The notes under the pieces are model-generated. The model did no database searches. It was not told the DNA's origin and saw only the letters and a program-made list of their open reading frames with translations. 53,351 nt of DNA from NCBI GenBank assembly GCA_977020255.1, contig CDROCS010004697.1, positions 1-53,351 of the forward strand. Direction: 5' to 3'. Shown one piece after another: positions 27,157 through 41,300 of this stretch. The number at the start of each line of letters is the position of its first letter. The stretch's first letter is position 1. The stretch is from Obrimoposthia wandeli. Its lineage: Eukaryota. Both the position numbers and the translations under genes were made by a program.

Positions 27157-28598
27157 AAACGTCGTTTACCTAGTAAAAAAGTGAACAGCGAAGAACTGTT
27201 AAATTAGAAAAATAATTTTGAGAAAACTTTCTATTACAATTTATTTTATGTGAGAAAGTTGTCAAAATGTTATACAAGAAATTAAATATTTATTTGGCAC
27301 TGAATTTCTTTGAAAATTTCAATAAATAAATTAATTGTTTTCGTAAATATTTTTTTTTAAATATTCTTTTTTAAAACTTTTGTATGTTAACTTTTGAAGG
27401 TCTGAACCAGTTCAGAACAAGTGCAATATAATTAAATTTAAAAAGAAGAACAATATTTTTTTGAAGGTTCTGCTTCTTATTAGGTCAATTCTCGAAGGTA
27501 TGGTTAAAGTTTGACTAAGTGCATTATGATTGCCTTTTATAAGTAGAAAAATATATTGACCAAGCCTATCACATAAGACTTTCAAAAGTAAAAATAAATA
27601 AAAAAATTTAACCTTTGAAGAGCCATCTTTGGTTTTTCATGGGCTATCCTATATTGAAGACTGCATATCAATACGACGCTCAGATAAATATACATGTTTG
27701 TTTGAAAATATGTTACTGAAAATAGAATAACAAATAACATGAGTAATCAATGAGTGATTGTCTTTGTCCTCTGACAATAAAGAACTTTGAGAACTAAGAC
27801 GATGAGAGCTTTGTTCAAGAGGAGCACATCACCCTATGTTCCATAGCATTTGAACATATCTTTCTATCCTTAGTTGCATCTTCTGTTTATCGAAGAAACT
27901 TGATCTTCTCCCGATTCGGAAACCATTGCTGAAAAATCAAATAACTATAATTGCTTTAATTTCCACGATTAACATGTGTCCACGTTTGATAGGAAAATTT
28001 ACCATGCACCACGAATACTAACTTTCTTTTAAAATAAATAAAAAAACATATTTCTTTTTATAAATTATAAATAAATAACATGTTTAAATTTCAAATATTT
28101 CAATATATAATTACACAAAATTCATACTAAATAGTAGTTACCCCAACAATATTTTAATTATACATTAATCTGTTTTTACAATATTTAAATGTTTTAAAAC
28201 TATACTTCATATCATAATTATAAAAGCAACTTTCTTTTAAAAATATATGGAGGTTTAATAGGATGTTATTTTTTATATTGACCCAGGGTGTACACTCGGC
28301 CATTTGTGGTTAAATATAATATCAGTTCCCATTGGTGTGTCTGAATCGGTGGCTGCCTTATGCTGTCTGACTGGGATTCCGTCAGTCAACCCTCCAATGC
28401 AAGGGCGTTCAGTCCCTGGGGGATCCTGTTTATCAAATTGTTGTCTTGGAGTAGACTTACTTATTTCTGACATATAAAATGTTTTTGCAATTGGTAGCAC
28501 AGTTTAGTTTCTTTTCCAATTTTAATATAATCATTTTCCCAAGTATTCGTTTCCAACTTTCATTTTTATGTTCATTGATTTTAACTCCCCCTAACTCC

Positions 28599-28869
28599 TC
28601 CCTATCCATCCTTATGGGATCGTCAAAGCGTAGTGCTTGCTTCAGTTGTTTGAAGCGCCGGCAGCTCATGGTGGCCCTAAAAAGAGCATGACCATCACGA
28701 TCCGACCACATTTCCTCCAGTACTCGATGATGTGCCTTTAGGGCGCCTGCAAGAAAATGAAGTCCAATGAATGCTCGCATTTCATTTGCAGTCACTTGCT
28801 TCCATTCAACGCCTTTTTCGCGGGCCAATCTGCGACCATACAAGTTTGTAAACATTATCGCACAATCAA
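28599..28869 (-). mobile_element. 271-bp internal fragment of the same piggyBac transposase, inverted
   Basis: Reverse complement of 25491-25761 with 6 substitutions by manual comparison. No TIR or TTAA at its borders. Confidence 0.93.
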
Positions 28870-29387
28870 ACATTATTGATTACAACGTCAAATTTAAACT
28901 CAGAAATCAATGGGGATTATTGTCATTCTTATATTTAGAAATTTGTTCTTCTAACTACAATTAAAGACATTTTTCTAAGGGAGAGAACTTATGCGACAAG
29001 GATGTATTAGCCACAATGTATTTCCATACAATTTAGCAAAGATAAGTAAGTTAGTTACTTCAGACAGCCGCTGTGAAAGTGTTCAAGTGTGTAAATTGGT
29101 GCATCCGAAAAGAAAATGATAAATATTTGGGAAACATGTAAAAGGAAAATAAAAGTGGTCGACAGGGAACAAAAGTTACGAGGCAAGTTGGCGAGCACAA
29201 TATGTGGGGTAACGACAATGCTGATGGATCGACTGCGAATTGGGAGCGATATGCTGGGGGCAAATTGTGTGCTTAAGCGCGAAAATATCGCTGACGATGT
29301 TTGAGGACAGGCGAGAGCAGAATGTGGTCACGATGATGGGAATGATATGTGAGACACTGGGATTGTGCATTGGACTTATTACGATTG

Positions 29388-32300
29388 TCAGTTAACCCGA
29401 TCTGCAGCGCTGATAGTGGTGAGCATTAGGCTGATATACGAGGTCAGTAGATCATCCATCTTGTAACCCTGCACACGAAATTCAAAACGACTGTCAAGAA
29501 ACGTTTAACATATAGAGTACTACTTACATTTATAAATAGAAAATATAAATTATTTTTAAGGGTGGTTTATTTTTGAAATATCTTAAGTTTACAGTGAATC
29601 AGTTGATCATTATATGTTTTTCGTTTGACAAGGGAATACTGCCTGACAAAATCCTTTAATCTTAATCATTTTTATTATATACTCAGTTTTCATTAAATAT
29701 ATAGAAAAGAAAAAAAGAAAAAGTATTGTTATACGTTTGAAATATATGAAATAATTTTAAGTTTTAAGTTTTTTATAAATGTTACTCTAAATATATTAAA
29801 TAAAATTTTGAGTTTGAAAACAGAAAAAAAAATTAAAGTTAAAATATTTGTTAAAAATTTAATTAAAAAAAAATAATTTGAACCTCAAAATAATTTAAAT
29901 ATATTAATATTATAAACGTTAGTTTTACTTATATGAAAAATAAACATATATTGCTTATTAGTATAGCTTCCATACATAATTGGAAATAATTTTTTCAATA
30001 CCAGCTTCATTTAAAATTTTTAAGAATATTTATACAAAATTAATTTGATATTTTAGCTAAAATTTCACAGTTATTACAGCTATTAGCAAAAATAAAGGAT
30101 AAAATTGACATCCTTATAAATATTTAATTTATTTAAAATTGATTAATATTCGGGATTATTCCCTTGTAAAGAATTAATAACTACTTTGAGTAGTTAACTG
30201 CAGCATCTTCTAAACAGGAACATCCTTAATACAGCGCAAATTTATCGATAATTGTGGGAATTATTATTCAAAGACGCTCCACAAATCAGCAACTTTGAGT
30301 AGTTGACTGCAGCATCTTCCAAACTGGAACATCTTCAATAAAGCGCAAATTGATCGATAATTGTGGGAATATTATTCAAAGGCGCTCTATAAATCAGCAA
30401 CTTTGAGTAGTTAACTGCAGCATCTTCTAAACTGAAACATCTTCAATACAGCGTCAATTTATCGATAATTGTGAGATTTATTATTCAAAGACGCTCCACA
30501 AATCAGCAACTTTGAGTAGTTAGCTGCAGCATCTTCTAAACAGGAACATCTTTAATACAGCGTCAATTTATCGATAATTGTGGGAATTATCATTCAAAGA
30601 CGCTCCACAAATCAGCAACTTTGAGTAGTTGACTGCAGCATCTTCTAAACAGGAACGTCTATGTGCATTCTGAATTCTTCAATATTATTCATCTAGAAAG
30701 AAATCAGAAAAAATATTTTTACATGATTTTTGTCAGGACAAAAAATATGTGCATGTAAATTCACATTACTTCACTACAATTATATACGATAAAGAACAAA
30801 AAAAAGTACTAGTAGATGTAGCAGGGTTCTAACTCAAATCTGTCGTCAATGTTGGGATGATATATTTGAACCATGTAACTTTCATCTTTAAGGTTTGATT
30901 TAAAATAAACAATTTTTATACTTTTTTCTTCATGAAATTTATGGCCTAAATTTAAACTTAGAGTTTGTGAAAAAATACCAGCAACTGGAATAACTGCTTG
31001 ATAATGTTCCGTAATATTTCCATGGATTAGCCACATAGTGCTTACAAGTTAACGTCCGGATATTACCCTACAATAAATTTTCCTGGCTGCGCTCCATCTA
31101 CTTCTTTAGTTCGATGGAACAGTCGTACAACATTTAGTGTAATTGCAGAGCCGTGGTTACCTAGAGATGGAGCCGTAATTTGCCTTCATACATTTATCAT
31201 CAAATATCGTGGTTTGGTTTAAGAGAGGAAATAAATTGCGATGCATTGATCGATTGTGGTGAAATATGTAACAAAACAGGGAGACGTAATTTCCAGAAAT
31301 GAGCTATATGGACGAGAGATCAATTTACTAACAAATGAAATTGCAGAAAGAATTTTAGAATGATATAAAAGAAGATCCCTCGTTCAAAGAATAAGTTCAA
31401 TTTGGAAAGAGCATTAATATCGTATTTTAGTGAGGACATGTGTAGATTAAATGTTGCAAATTCGTTACTTCAGTAATTCCATTGAATCTTTGGTTTATTT
31501 CAAATACTATGACTGTTTTAGTTTTCGTTAATAAACCTCTTTTCTGTAGTTACTTAACTTTATATTTAATATTATTTATAAGTAAAATTGAATCATATTT
31601 CTAAGAATTATATAATGTTAAATTTATAAAATAACTCTGCCACAAACTTTCTAGGTGACATATAAACTATTACAATATATAAAATTTTCATAATCCTTCA
31701 GCAAATTATACAATATTAAATTTTGTAACTTTTGCCTTGACTGTGATTCTCAAAAACCCAAACGGCTAGAGAGAGTCGGTACTGACCAGGGGCGTCTCGC
31801 AGAGTAATTTCTTGCCGTGAATGAGGTTGCCGATGGTCATGTTGAAGTAGGTGTTGCCAGAGCTCCAGTTACTGATGGTGGAGTAAGGGTAGTGGTCCAG
31901 TATCTCCTAGAAGCAGCACATGCTCGGTCAAAGGTACCAAGGACATCAGATTGACGGGTGAACATAAAATTTCATTTTCAAAAATCGTTTTTGTACAGGA
32001 AAACCGCAAGTAAAAGAAATAAAAGATTTCTCATTTTTTGAAATTTAAATTTTATACGCAATTCCATGACATTTTAATACTATATTAATAGTAAACATTG
32101 TTTGACACAAAAACTCGGGAAATATCTGCAGTATAGGCATACATGTAAAACCATGTAAATAAGAAAGATTTTCCAAACTTTGATTCTTTAAATTTATATA
32201 TGGAACATTAACCTCATGCATATAAATGAAAAACAAAAAACATTATTTTTACATTTTACCTTATTTCCCAATAATTAGAAGTCAAAAATTAAGATCTGTT

Positions 32301-35300
32301 ATTTAATTATCTACAAGACTCTGATCAGTTTAGAAATTTTCCACATGGTTCGTTTAACTTTACAAATTATTAAAATAATTAAACCGTGGAAGATAAAAAT
32401 ATTAATATTATGGGTGAGGCCTTTGAGAAGATGGCATCGAACAAATACCGAAAAGATAAATCCTCAATTGATGTTACTTCTTCGACAAAAACATTCCAAA
32501 AGAGCTAAAAACAATAAATTTGAATGTAATGATTCCTTGAAAGCAGAGACGCCAAGAGACGATTCGAGTATTTGCCAAAACTTAACTGTCAGCTCATTTT
32601 TTTGTGGTGAGATATTTTATTACCCAATTCATTCTTATGTGTGATTCCTATAAAAATTGAATATAGGAAGTTCGAATGTGCGACATTTCGGACTGGCTTT
32701 TTTAAAGTAGTGCGCTTCGGAATTTCCAGATTTTTGGTAGAAATTGATGGTCTTCCTAATAGGTATTTTCTCGCCAAATTATAAGATTTAGTTAGTTACT
32801 TCTTAAACTGACTCAGAAAACCTTTTATGAAGAACATCAATGCCTACTCAAAAGTTAGAAAGTCTGAAACGTCCTTGTCCAAAGCGCTCGTGCACCAAGA
32901 AACTCCTATAAATAGAAATATTAAAACACCAACATTTATATGGTCATCACTCACCTTAGACTTGGCGTGGATGATGTAGACTCCGTTCTTGTTGATGGCG
33001 ATCAGCACCTTCTCGGGCACGTTGGGATTGGTGGACTGCTGCAGGAGGTTAAAAAGACACTGACTCAAACAAGGCTTCTAAAAGAGTCTAAAAACAGGAA
33101 AAATTTAGGTCAAGAAATTTCAAATATAAAAAATGAAACTTATTGATTATGGATTATGTGCACTGACCTTGACCTCGAAGAATGAAGACCCAAACGTTGG
33201 CCAGGAATAAATGTAGGTCAGAAATTTGATCTTAGCGTTGTCAGAGGAGAGGGAGACCGGCAACTGATTGAAGGCAGCGAGGACTTTCTGCGGTAATTTG
33301 ACATATTATCGAACTTCGTGATCTCATTCATCGACAGTCGAGGGAAATCATAACGTGCCCCAGATTGCCCACTGCACAGTCGGATAGACTAGCCACATTG
33401 TGGGCTGAATCCCTAGTCAGTCCTCGTCTCAGTCGGGATGAACTGGGCTATTCTCCACATCTCCAAATGCATTTTGTTCAGAAAAGCCAAAACTACTCAG
33501 CATCCTTCTAAAGAATGTGTTAGTTACAGTTTTATTTCAAAAATGTCATAAGGTTGTTGGATAAGACTTCTATTTTTAACACATACACACATCAATACGA
33601 AGTATTTTCCATCTTGAGTTTGTTTGGCGAGCGGACGATTATTATGTTTGTACAGTTCTGTGGAAGGTGACACTTTCGTATTTTTAAAGAAATTGAGTGG
33701 CATTGTGGTTGAGTAAAATCTTCAGTAAAGCATTCATCGGTCAGAGTGGCAACAAACCTTTTACAACAGATAAATTCCATAAATAATTATTCCATATTAG
33801 TCCTTATTTATAGCACACCTTATACTGAATGAGAATATTTGTAATGTGTCTAAATTTTACAGTCAGTCGGGAAAAGTCAATTTATTTACGCATATTACAA
33901 AATAAACTTACCTGAAACTTAGGGATTAAAAACTTAAGTTTGCTGGCGCTGTTTGGAATATTTCAAAAACAGTTTTAGTTCTAAGTTTGATTTAGTTTAA
34001 AATTTTGTGTGTTTTATAATTATTATACTATCAAAAATAATTTTACAAATATAATATATTTTAAAAATTAATAAAAATATTACATATTTAAATGTAAAAA
34101 TATTAAAAAATAATCACAATAAAATAATAATTTGTGTGGTTATTTTTAAACTAATATGTTCACAAATAAAATTTATATTTGAAAAAGAATTATTCCAATT
34201 TAAAAAAAGAAGGTATAAAAAAATTATTTAAAAAAACGTGTAAAAGTATTATAAATTTCTGAATTAGGTAAAATTAGGAGCGTTATAAAGAACTGTGGAA
34301 AGTACGTGGATGGGTTGGTCTATACAGTGTGACTATCAATGAGTAAAATAGTTTAGAAACTGCAGTATATGGTGAGAAAATTCATGGAAGACATTTAGAA
34401 ATCGGCCAGAACAAAAATGATGAGCAAGAAAAGCGGCTGAAAATGTCCTGAAGAAAGAGTTACAAGAAAGTCTAATTTAATCCGTCTTTGGTCTTCAAAT
34501 GATCCTATTTGTTTTTGATTTTTCAGACAAACCTGAAAATCTCTATGAAAGTCAATGTTCCTCTACACACAAGCCAGGTTTGTTCATCGGTGATTATCGA
34601 GCCTGGCTTCAAGGTTGTACCCCAGATCTACAGCCATCTACATCAAATTTGACTCCAAGTGACTTTTTAACGTTCAAAAAAGATTTGATGATTTTTTTTT
34701 ATCAAAATGGTTTAAATGAAGTTTTGAAGCGATATAAAATATTAATTCACTCAAACTGAAATAAATTTACTTTAGAAGTTTAAGATACAAGTATTCCAAC
34801 AAAATTATTTTATACATAATCGGAAACAAAATCATATCTTTTCATTCATAAACAAATTTCAGTCTCTATTGTAATATGCGTAACATTTATTGGCATTTTT
34901 TGAATTTGACTAACAAAGAAGTGTAAAATATAGGTTGTATAATAAGCTGGTTGAGTAAGAGTGAGAATGAACCCCCGGAGAGAGGGTCACGTTCATTCTG
35001 ATTTTCACCGACTGTACAATCTTTTTTCAAGGGTCTCCAAAAAGGTTTCTCAACTATTTATAAATTCTTTACTGGCTTCTAAAACTGTTCCCACAGACTT
35101 CACAAGATCTTGATAGGGTTTCAACTAGAGTCAGCCTCACCTCCTTGAGTTCTGCTGGGGCTGAGGTCCTGGCTAGCACATCAGCAGGCACAATGAGTTC
35201 TAGCTGCTGCCTGCAAGCAGTCAATGGTTACAGGAGCATTTCGGCGAAAACTAAATAAGTGATGGCTCCAGCACCATCGCAAGCCAATCAAAAAGCTAAA

Positions 35301-38300
35301 ACTCAACTCGGTTCTCATTGGTCATAAATATCGATAATGAAAGGAAAACTCACAGAGCAGCATTAACTGAAGCGGGACGGCTGGCTTCGAGATTGGCGCG
35401 GAGGACGAGAGCTCCCAGCGACGCCACATCCTTGACGGAGGTCTTATGGTAACCGTACAAGTACTTGCGCACTTCCTGCAGAGGCACTGGAGTCAGACAA
35501 ACCAGAACTGTGGAGCTACTAATCAACTTGGAGAAGGTTGTCAAATACGCTTTATCAATTCTTTGAGAGAGATAACAAATTGTCAACCAAATTACGAAGA
35601 AAATTTCGATCTTTTGATCTTTGATCAATTTGATAAGCATTTTCCACTGGTTGCCCAAGTACACTCCTCCCGTACATCCGTATAATAAACTGTCCTCATA
35701 GCCACTCTTTTCTGACGATACATACAAACTGTCGTTTCCAAGCGTCGATGAAGTTTGAATTTACCCACCTAATTTGCTGTCTTTCCATCGGTTTCCTTTG
35801 CAGATGCTTAAGATTTGCGATTGCTACTAAAAATGGTATTTCATTTCATTTTTGTTTAGTACTTGCTGCAATAATTTAGTATTTCGCAACATTGGGAGAG
35901 CTTCAGATAAAATGTGGCTATATTTAAATGAGTTCACTGTTCCATCAATATGGGTCCAATATCTGGAACCATCCACACAAATGTTTCCCAGAACATAGCA
36001 GACATGTTAGCCGAATAAGACCACTCGACCGTTCGGTCTTTAACAATTGCACGACGTCTGGGTTCAAGTGAATTGATGTTTCGTCACTCAACATCACTTT
36101 ATTCCAATTTAGATATTTGTTACAAAATAACACGCGTATTTTAGTACGTTTTGGTACATACCGACGTTGCAACATTAACTTGCACTTTATTTTTGCACTA
36201 TTTTTTAGTATTGCTACAACAGTTAGAGTAATATGAATTGAGGGGTTTTATAAATAATTAAGATTAAATATTATATTAAATAATTAATATTAAGGAAATT
36301 TATAAAATTATATAATTTTACCAGAACATTTTAATTTTATTTCAAGAAAACTTCACTAAATTAAAACTTCGATTTAACTCTTTAGTGAACAGAATATTTT
36401 TATGACAAAAAACTATGGAAATATCATCTGTTAAAACGCATTTCAAAGATTTACACCAAGCGTCAAAGAGTAAAAAGGAGGAACAGTACATGTGAGGCAA
36501 TGTTTGTTTTTGGGTGGCTAGACCTAAGAATCTCATGTGCCAAAAGACTCATTGTTATCTCATATAACTAGCATAACTAAATATTAAATGAAAATATTGT
36601 CTCAAATTGAAATCAAATTCGAATTATTTTTGTTTTGTGCAATATGATGTTCGGGAGAGAGAAATAATCGAATAACCAGACCATATGAAACAGGAAGGTT
36701 GGTTATAAGTAAATATGTAAAGTAAAATAAGTAAATATTATATGTAAACTCTTGTTGTAAATCTACATTAAGAAATGTACTTATTGCTGAGTCATTTTTG
36801 TTGGCAGGCCGAGCTGATTGGAGGATTGGTCAAATAGCCCGGTTTGAAAGTTTGCACTTTAGTTTATGTGTGTGTGTGAGTTGTGAATCAGTGCTTATTA
36901 AAAATTACATTTTAGAAGTTTATGAATTCTGTTTTGAAGCTTGGTTTGTAGTAAGAAAAGATGGACAATAAAGAGGATAATAATTTATGCACAACTCTCT
37001 AGAGAAGTCCTTTGATTAAGCAGTTTTAGAATTAATTCAGAACCATCAAGAATATTTAACGCAACTTTGTGAAAGTTTGCCACATAGGAACACACTCTGT
37101 TTGCTACTCTGTATGAAATGAAAGATTTTCATATCGATAAATGTTTTCCTTTGAAGTGTCATTAATTATGAATCTTTACATTTTAGAAAAACGTAAATGT
37201 TGGTTGATTTATGAATATTTCTTAAAACAAACATTCTTCTGAAATGTAACAAAGGCTAAATAGATATATTACATAGCCTTGTTTAATAAATGCGCAACCT
37301 TTCCATGTATATTTTTACTTAATCCTTACATTTCGTTATTTTTGATACTAATGTTTTAAAATGTGAGGAATTTGCTATGAAATATAATATGATATATTTA
37401 TATATTTTATCAGATTTATTTAAAGTAATGTCGTTAAAATATGTCACTTTAATGCGTGAACTCCTTAAATAAATGTTGAGAGGCTACTTTTAATTTCATA
37501 TTGTCACAGTTTACTTTGTTTTTGAAGCAGGCAATGCGCTAATTTACTTCGTACAAATCAATTTTTTATCAAAGCACATGAAAACTATATAGCGTTAATC
37601 GTTTTTTCAATATATATATTTATGTAAAAAATGTTTTATAAAATTTTCAAAACCGATTATGTTACAAATGATAAGATACTTTTACATTGAAATGTTGATT
37701 TCTCAAAATACACAAAGAGGCATATTGGAGATGGTAACTTGTTTGGTTAAGATTTCAATGGGATGTTAAAATTATGAAATGCGTCCAGTGGTATAGTGTA
37801 CGAGTTGTGAGTTGTAGCAGTGACAAATCTCCACCTGAGGATAGTGGAGACTGAGGTCCGCCACTCGGTCGGAGCCTGGAGTCGAACCGGTCCACAGCTT
37901 GCGCATGAAGAACACCTGGTAGCTGAAGTCGAGTCTGCCATCACGCTGGCCGGTGCTTCAGGACCCAGTCGCTCAACTGCCGCAGGAAGTCAAAGAAGAA
38001 GTCTCCCTCCGGCATGCTGATGGCCTTGTCCATGCTCTTCACAAACAGCGCCAAACCACAGCCGTCCTTGATGCCAAGCCTACTGCAGATGGCTCTACAC
38101 AGGTCCTTGCACTTGGTATTGGAGGTGATCTCGAATGCCTGCGCACCATCAATGTCCACTACTTACCCGTCTAACTTTCGCATTCTTTCTCCTCTTGCAG
38201 AATTTTGACATTTCCTTTCAGTTTTTACACTGTATTGCTTCTATACAGGAATTTAGACTGTGGATGTTTGAGACATCGAAAGATTAAAAATAACTTTCTA

Positions 38301-41300
38301 GTGTAGAAATCAAAGAAATCCCTAAAGATCAACGCACAACAAAACAGTGAATTACCTCACTGGACTCGTTTGGGAAATAAATCTTGTGGTGAATGATCTT
38401 GCCCATTTGCACTGCATTGATCTCGATCGGATGAGGCGGATATCTGCGCTGACCGCTTCTGGTGAAAAGCAGTAATAACCTTTACTCACAATTGGCAGCA
38501 ACATAACAATAGATACATAAATGCAGTATTCTTGTAACCCATTAATGACGGAATTATCTTTTTCTGATTTTTCAAATTACTTTGATATGTCGTTTAAAGA
38601 GACACGAATACATAGCATAATCAATAGCAATCGATAGCAATTTAAGAAAATCTTTAAGTTCAGCGTGTTCCCCGGCTGTTGACATCAAATGCCAAGGTCA
38701 ATTGTTATTTAGTAAATGGAAATACGCGATCGAAGTTTGAAAATTGTCACACAGGAATTCCTACGTGTGTGGCCATTAATGGGTTAATATGCTATTTTTA
38801 AAATTAAATATCAGTACATTTTACCAGTTTCTTCCTATTTTATTTTTAGAAATAATATATCAACATAGGCCAATTTCATTCCTCTTGAAATGCATAAATT
38901 GCCAAACCTTCCTTGCAACAAATGAATAAGTAGAAGATAATATTAAAAATAATATCAAGAATGCAACAAATTGGGCTATTTTTAATAGAAAAACCCTAAA
39001 TATTTGACATAAATAATAAAATACCACCGCTATAGCTTAAATTATATGTTTTAATTGATTGTTAATTTACCGACAAAAACTCTAAAAACCAGTTATTTAA
39101 GTTCATGAAATCGGCTACTTTATTTAACGAACAATAAAATCTGAAGACTGAGTACATTTATTCAAAGAGAGGTTATGTTTTCTATCGTAGACATAAATCA
39201 AGAGTCAGATTCCACAAACACAATATATTTATACATGTATATGGCATCTTATGAACAGATCTTCTCGGTAGGATATTTCCGGTTTCTGATTACGTAACTA
39301 TATTTATCAGTTAACTTTGTTTTTCTTTTTGCGTAACAAAAATTGAACTTCAAGCTAAATATTGAAAAGTAAACTTAAGTTAGATGTAAATGTATTACTT
39401 ATAAATAAACGTAAGTTTAAATTGAGATATGGTCAGACATTGAAGTTGTACACGCAAATGTAAATTGGGTTATTAATTTACTGGAAACATACTTCTGTGA
39501 GAACCCTTAATATCATTGATATTGGTATTATAAGTAAACATTAGTTGACACCTTATTTTTTTCTATAAAATAATAAGACTGAAAATGGGCTTTAAATGTA
39601 TAAAACATTTCAAAGTAAAATCTCAATTTAATGAATTATATTAAAAGTTCATAGGATTTATTTAATTAAAAAAAACTCGTTTCTTTATTTTGCATCGGTG
39701 CTAAAGTTGAAAATTTATGTGGATGGAGAATATTTTAAATTAATACTTTATAATAATTGTACTTAAATTTTTTAACGTAATATTTCAATGAAATAATTTT
39801 ATGACATCCTCGATTAAAACTTGTTTTTTTATTTTATTTATATTGAAAATGTTTAAAGCTTTTAACATGAGTTGTTGACAAACAAAAGTAGTCTATATGC
39901 AACTTTTAATGAATCGGACTCACTTCATGGTGCGCTGTAGTCGTGTCTGGCAGTCCGTAGCGAGTGGAGATTGGGCGGCAGCAGTGCGGATAAGCTCGAA
40001 AAGTTCCCGATACACCGCGGAGCCCGGTGCCATGATGCCTGTGGCCAGCCAGATGAGCTCCCAGCCCGCTTTCTCGCTGTGGCTGCAGTGTTCCCCTTCC
40101 AATGTTAGCGACACAAACCACAGGGAACATTTGTTTACGGTGTGGCCAGAAGAGATTTCCTTTCTTTATAAATGTGTTTTGAGTATACCAATTGTACCTT
40201 TAACCTTGCAACCCCGCAAACGTGGTTATTCCAACAGCCACATATTACGTAGTGGACTGATGATGCCCTAAGTCTATTATAAAATTTGACTCTTCAGCAA
40301 TTTTGAAAGCAACAATGACGTATATAGAGATAAGGCTAACAACAACCCTATTCGCTTACGGAAAAGTCAAAGAAGAAAGAGATTCAGATGAAAAGGTATT
40401 AGAGCTCATAAAGTATGATGATCATAAGAGGTTAGTAATGAGTGGTATGGACGTTTTATTTTTAATTCAGAGTTTAAAAGAGGTTTTTCAACATATTCAG
40501 GTTTGTATTGCATGTTCGATTGCAGAAATAGGGAATATAATCACAACAAGCCCTAGTTCTAATTGAAAAATTGCTTTTCCAGTTTTACATTTAAAACAGT
40601 AATTTTCAACAAAATGGCGTATTTACGGAATTCTTATTGAAAAATGACCCATTGCATTTGAACTAGAATCAAAGGCTTGGTAAAACCTTTGTTTAGTTAC
40701 AAATGGTGTTCTAGGGAAACAATCGTAATGATTGGTAAGAAATAAGTAAGAGAGACTACACCAAGAAATGCAGGATACACGTGATCAATAAAGCTAGATA
40801 CAAATATTTTTAGAACAACGAAACTTATCTTTAATTGTGGAAATGAATGAGTTGGGAAAAATGTTTATTTTGTTGTTGACACCCAATAATTGATTGTCAG
40901 TTCAATGTTGTGTGTGAGCTAGGAGACTCACTGGCTCGGATTGTGTGTGATCTGCTTGATGATCTGACAGTACACTTCATCCTTAAGAGCTTCCTGCCTC
41001 AAACACGGCTCAAAGACGAGCTCAGTCAACTCAGCTGAGCTCGCCGAATCCGGTCCGTGTCTCTGAGCTGATGGTTGGTCGCCCATGTAGCGCAGGATTG
41101 CACAGAAGCAGCCGATCGCTGCCTGACACATCTCCTCTCGACCAAGCAGTCTCTTGAGCAGGGGCAGACGCAGCGATTGGGCCGAGTGCCGCCAGAGCAG
41201 CGGTTCCGCTGCGGCTCCTGCTGGGCCCAGACCTAGCATAGATCTGCCAGTGCGAGACTGGCTGGCGGACTGGGCAGTGCTCCTGCACGACGAGTGAATG

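Larger units (their letters stand above)
24622..27198 (+). mobile_element. Full-length piggyBac-like element (2577 bp)
   Basis: TTAA at 24618-24621 and 27199-27202. 15-bp TIR with 1 mismatch (CAGTTCGTCGCTGTT / AACAGCGAAGAACTG). 19-bp internal palindromes near both ends. Internal transposase. Confidence 0.95.

Noticed and set aside
28273-28500. 75-aa minus ORF with weak GIY-YIG-like look (PCIGG...RQHKAA)
   Set aside because: The similarity is too weak to support without a search; left unassigned.
30183-30656. LLICGASLN resembles an ankyrin repeat
   Set aside because: The 108-109-nt period is not 99 nt, the frame shifts each unit and there are many stops.
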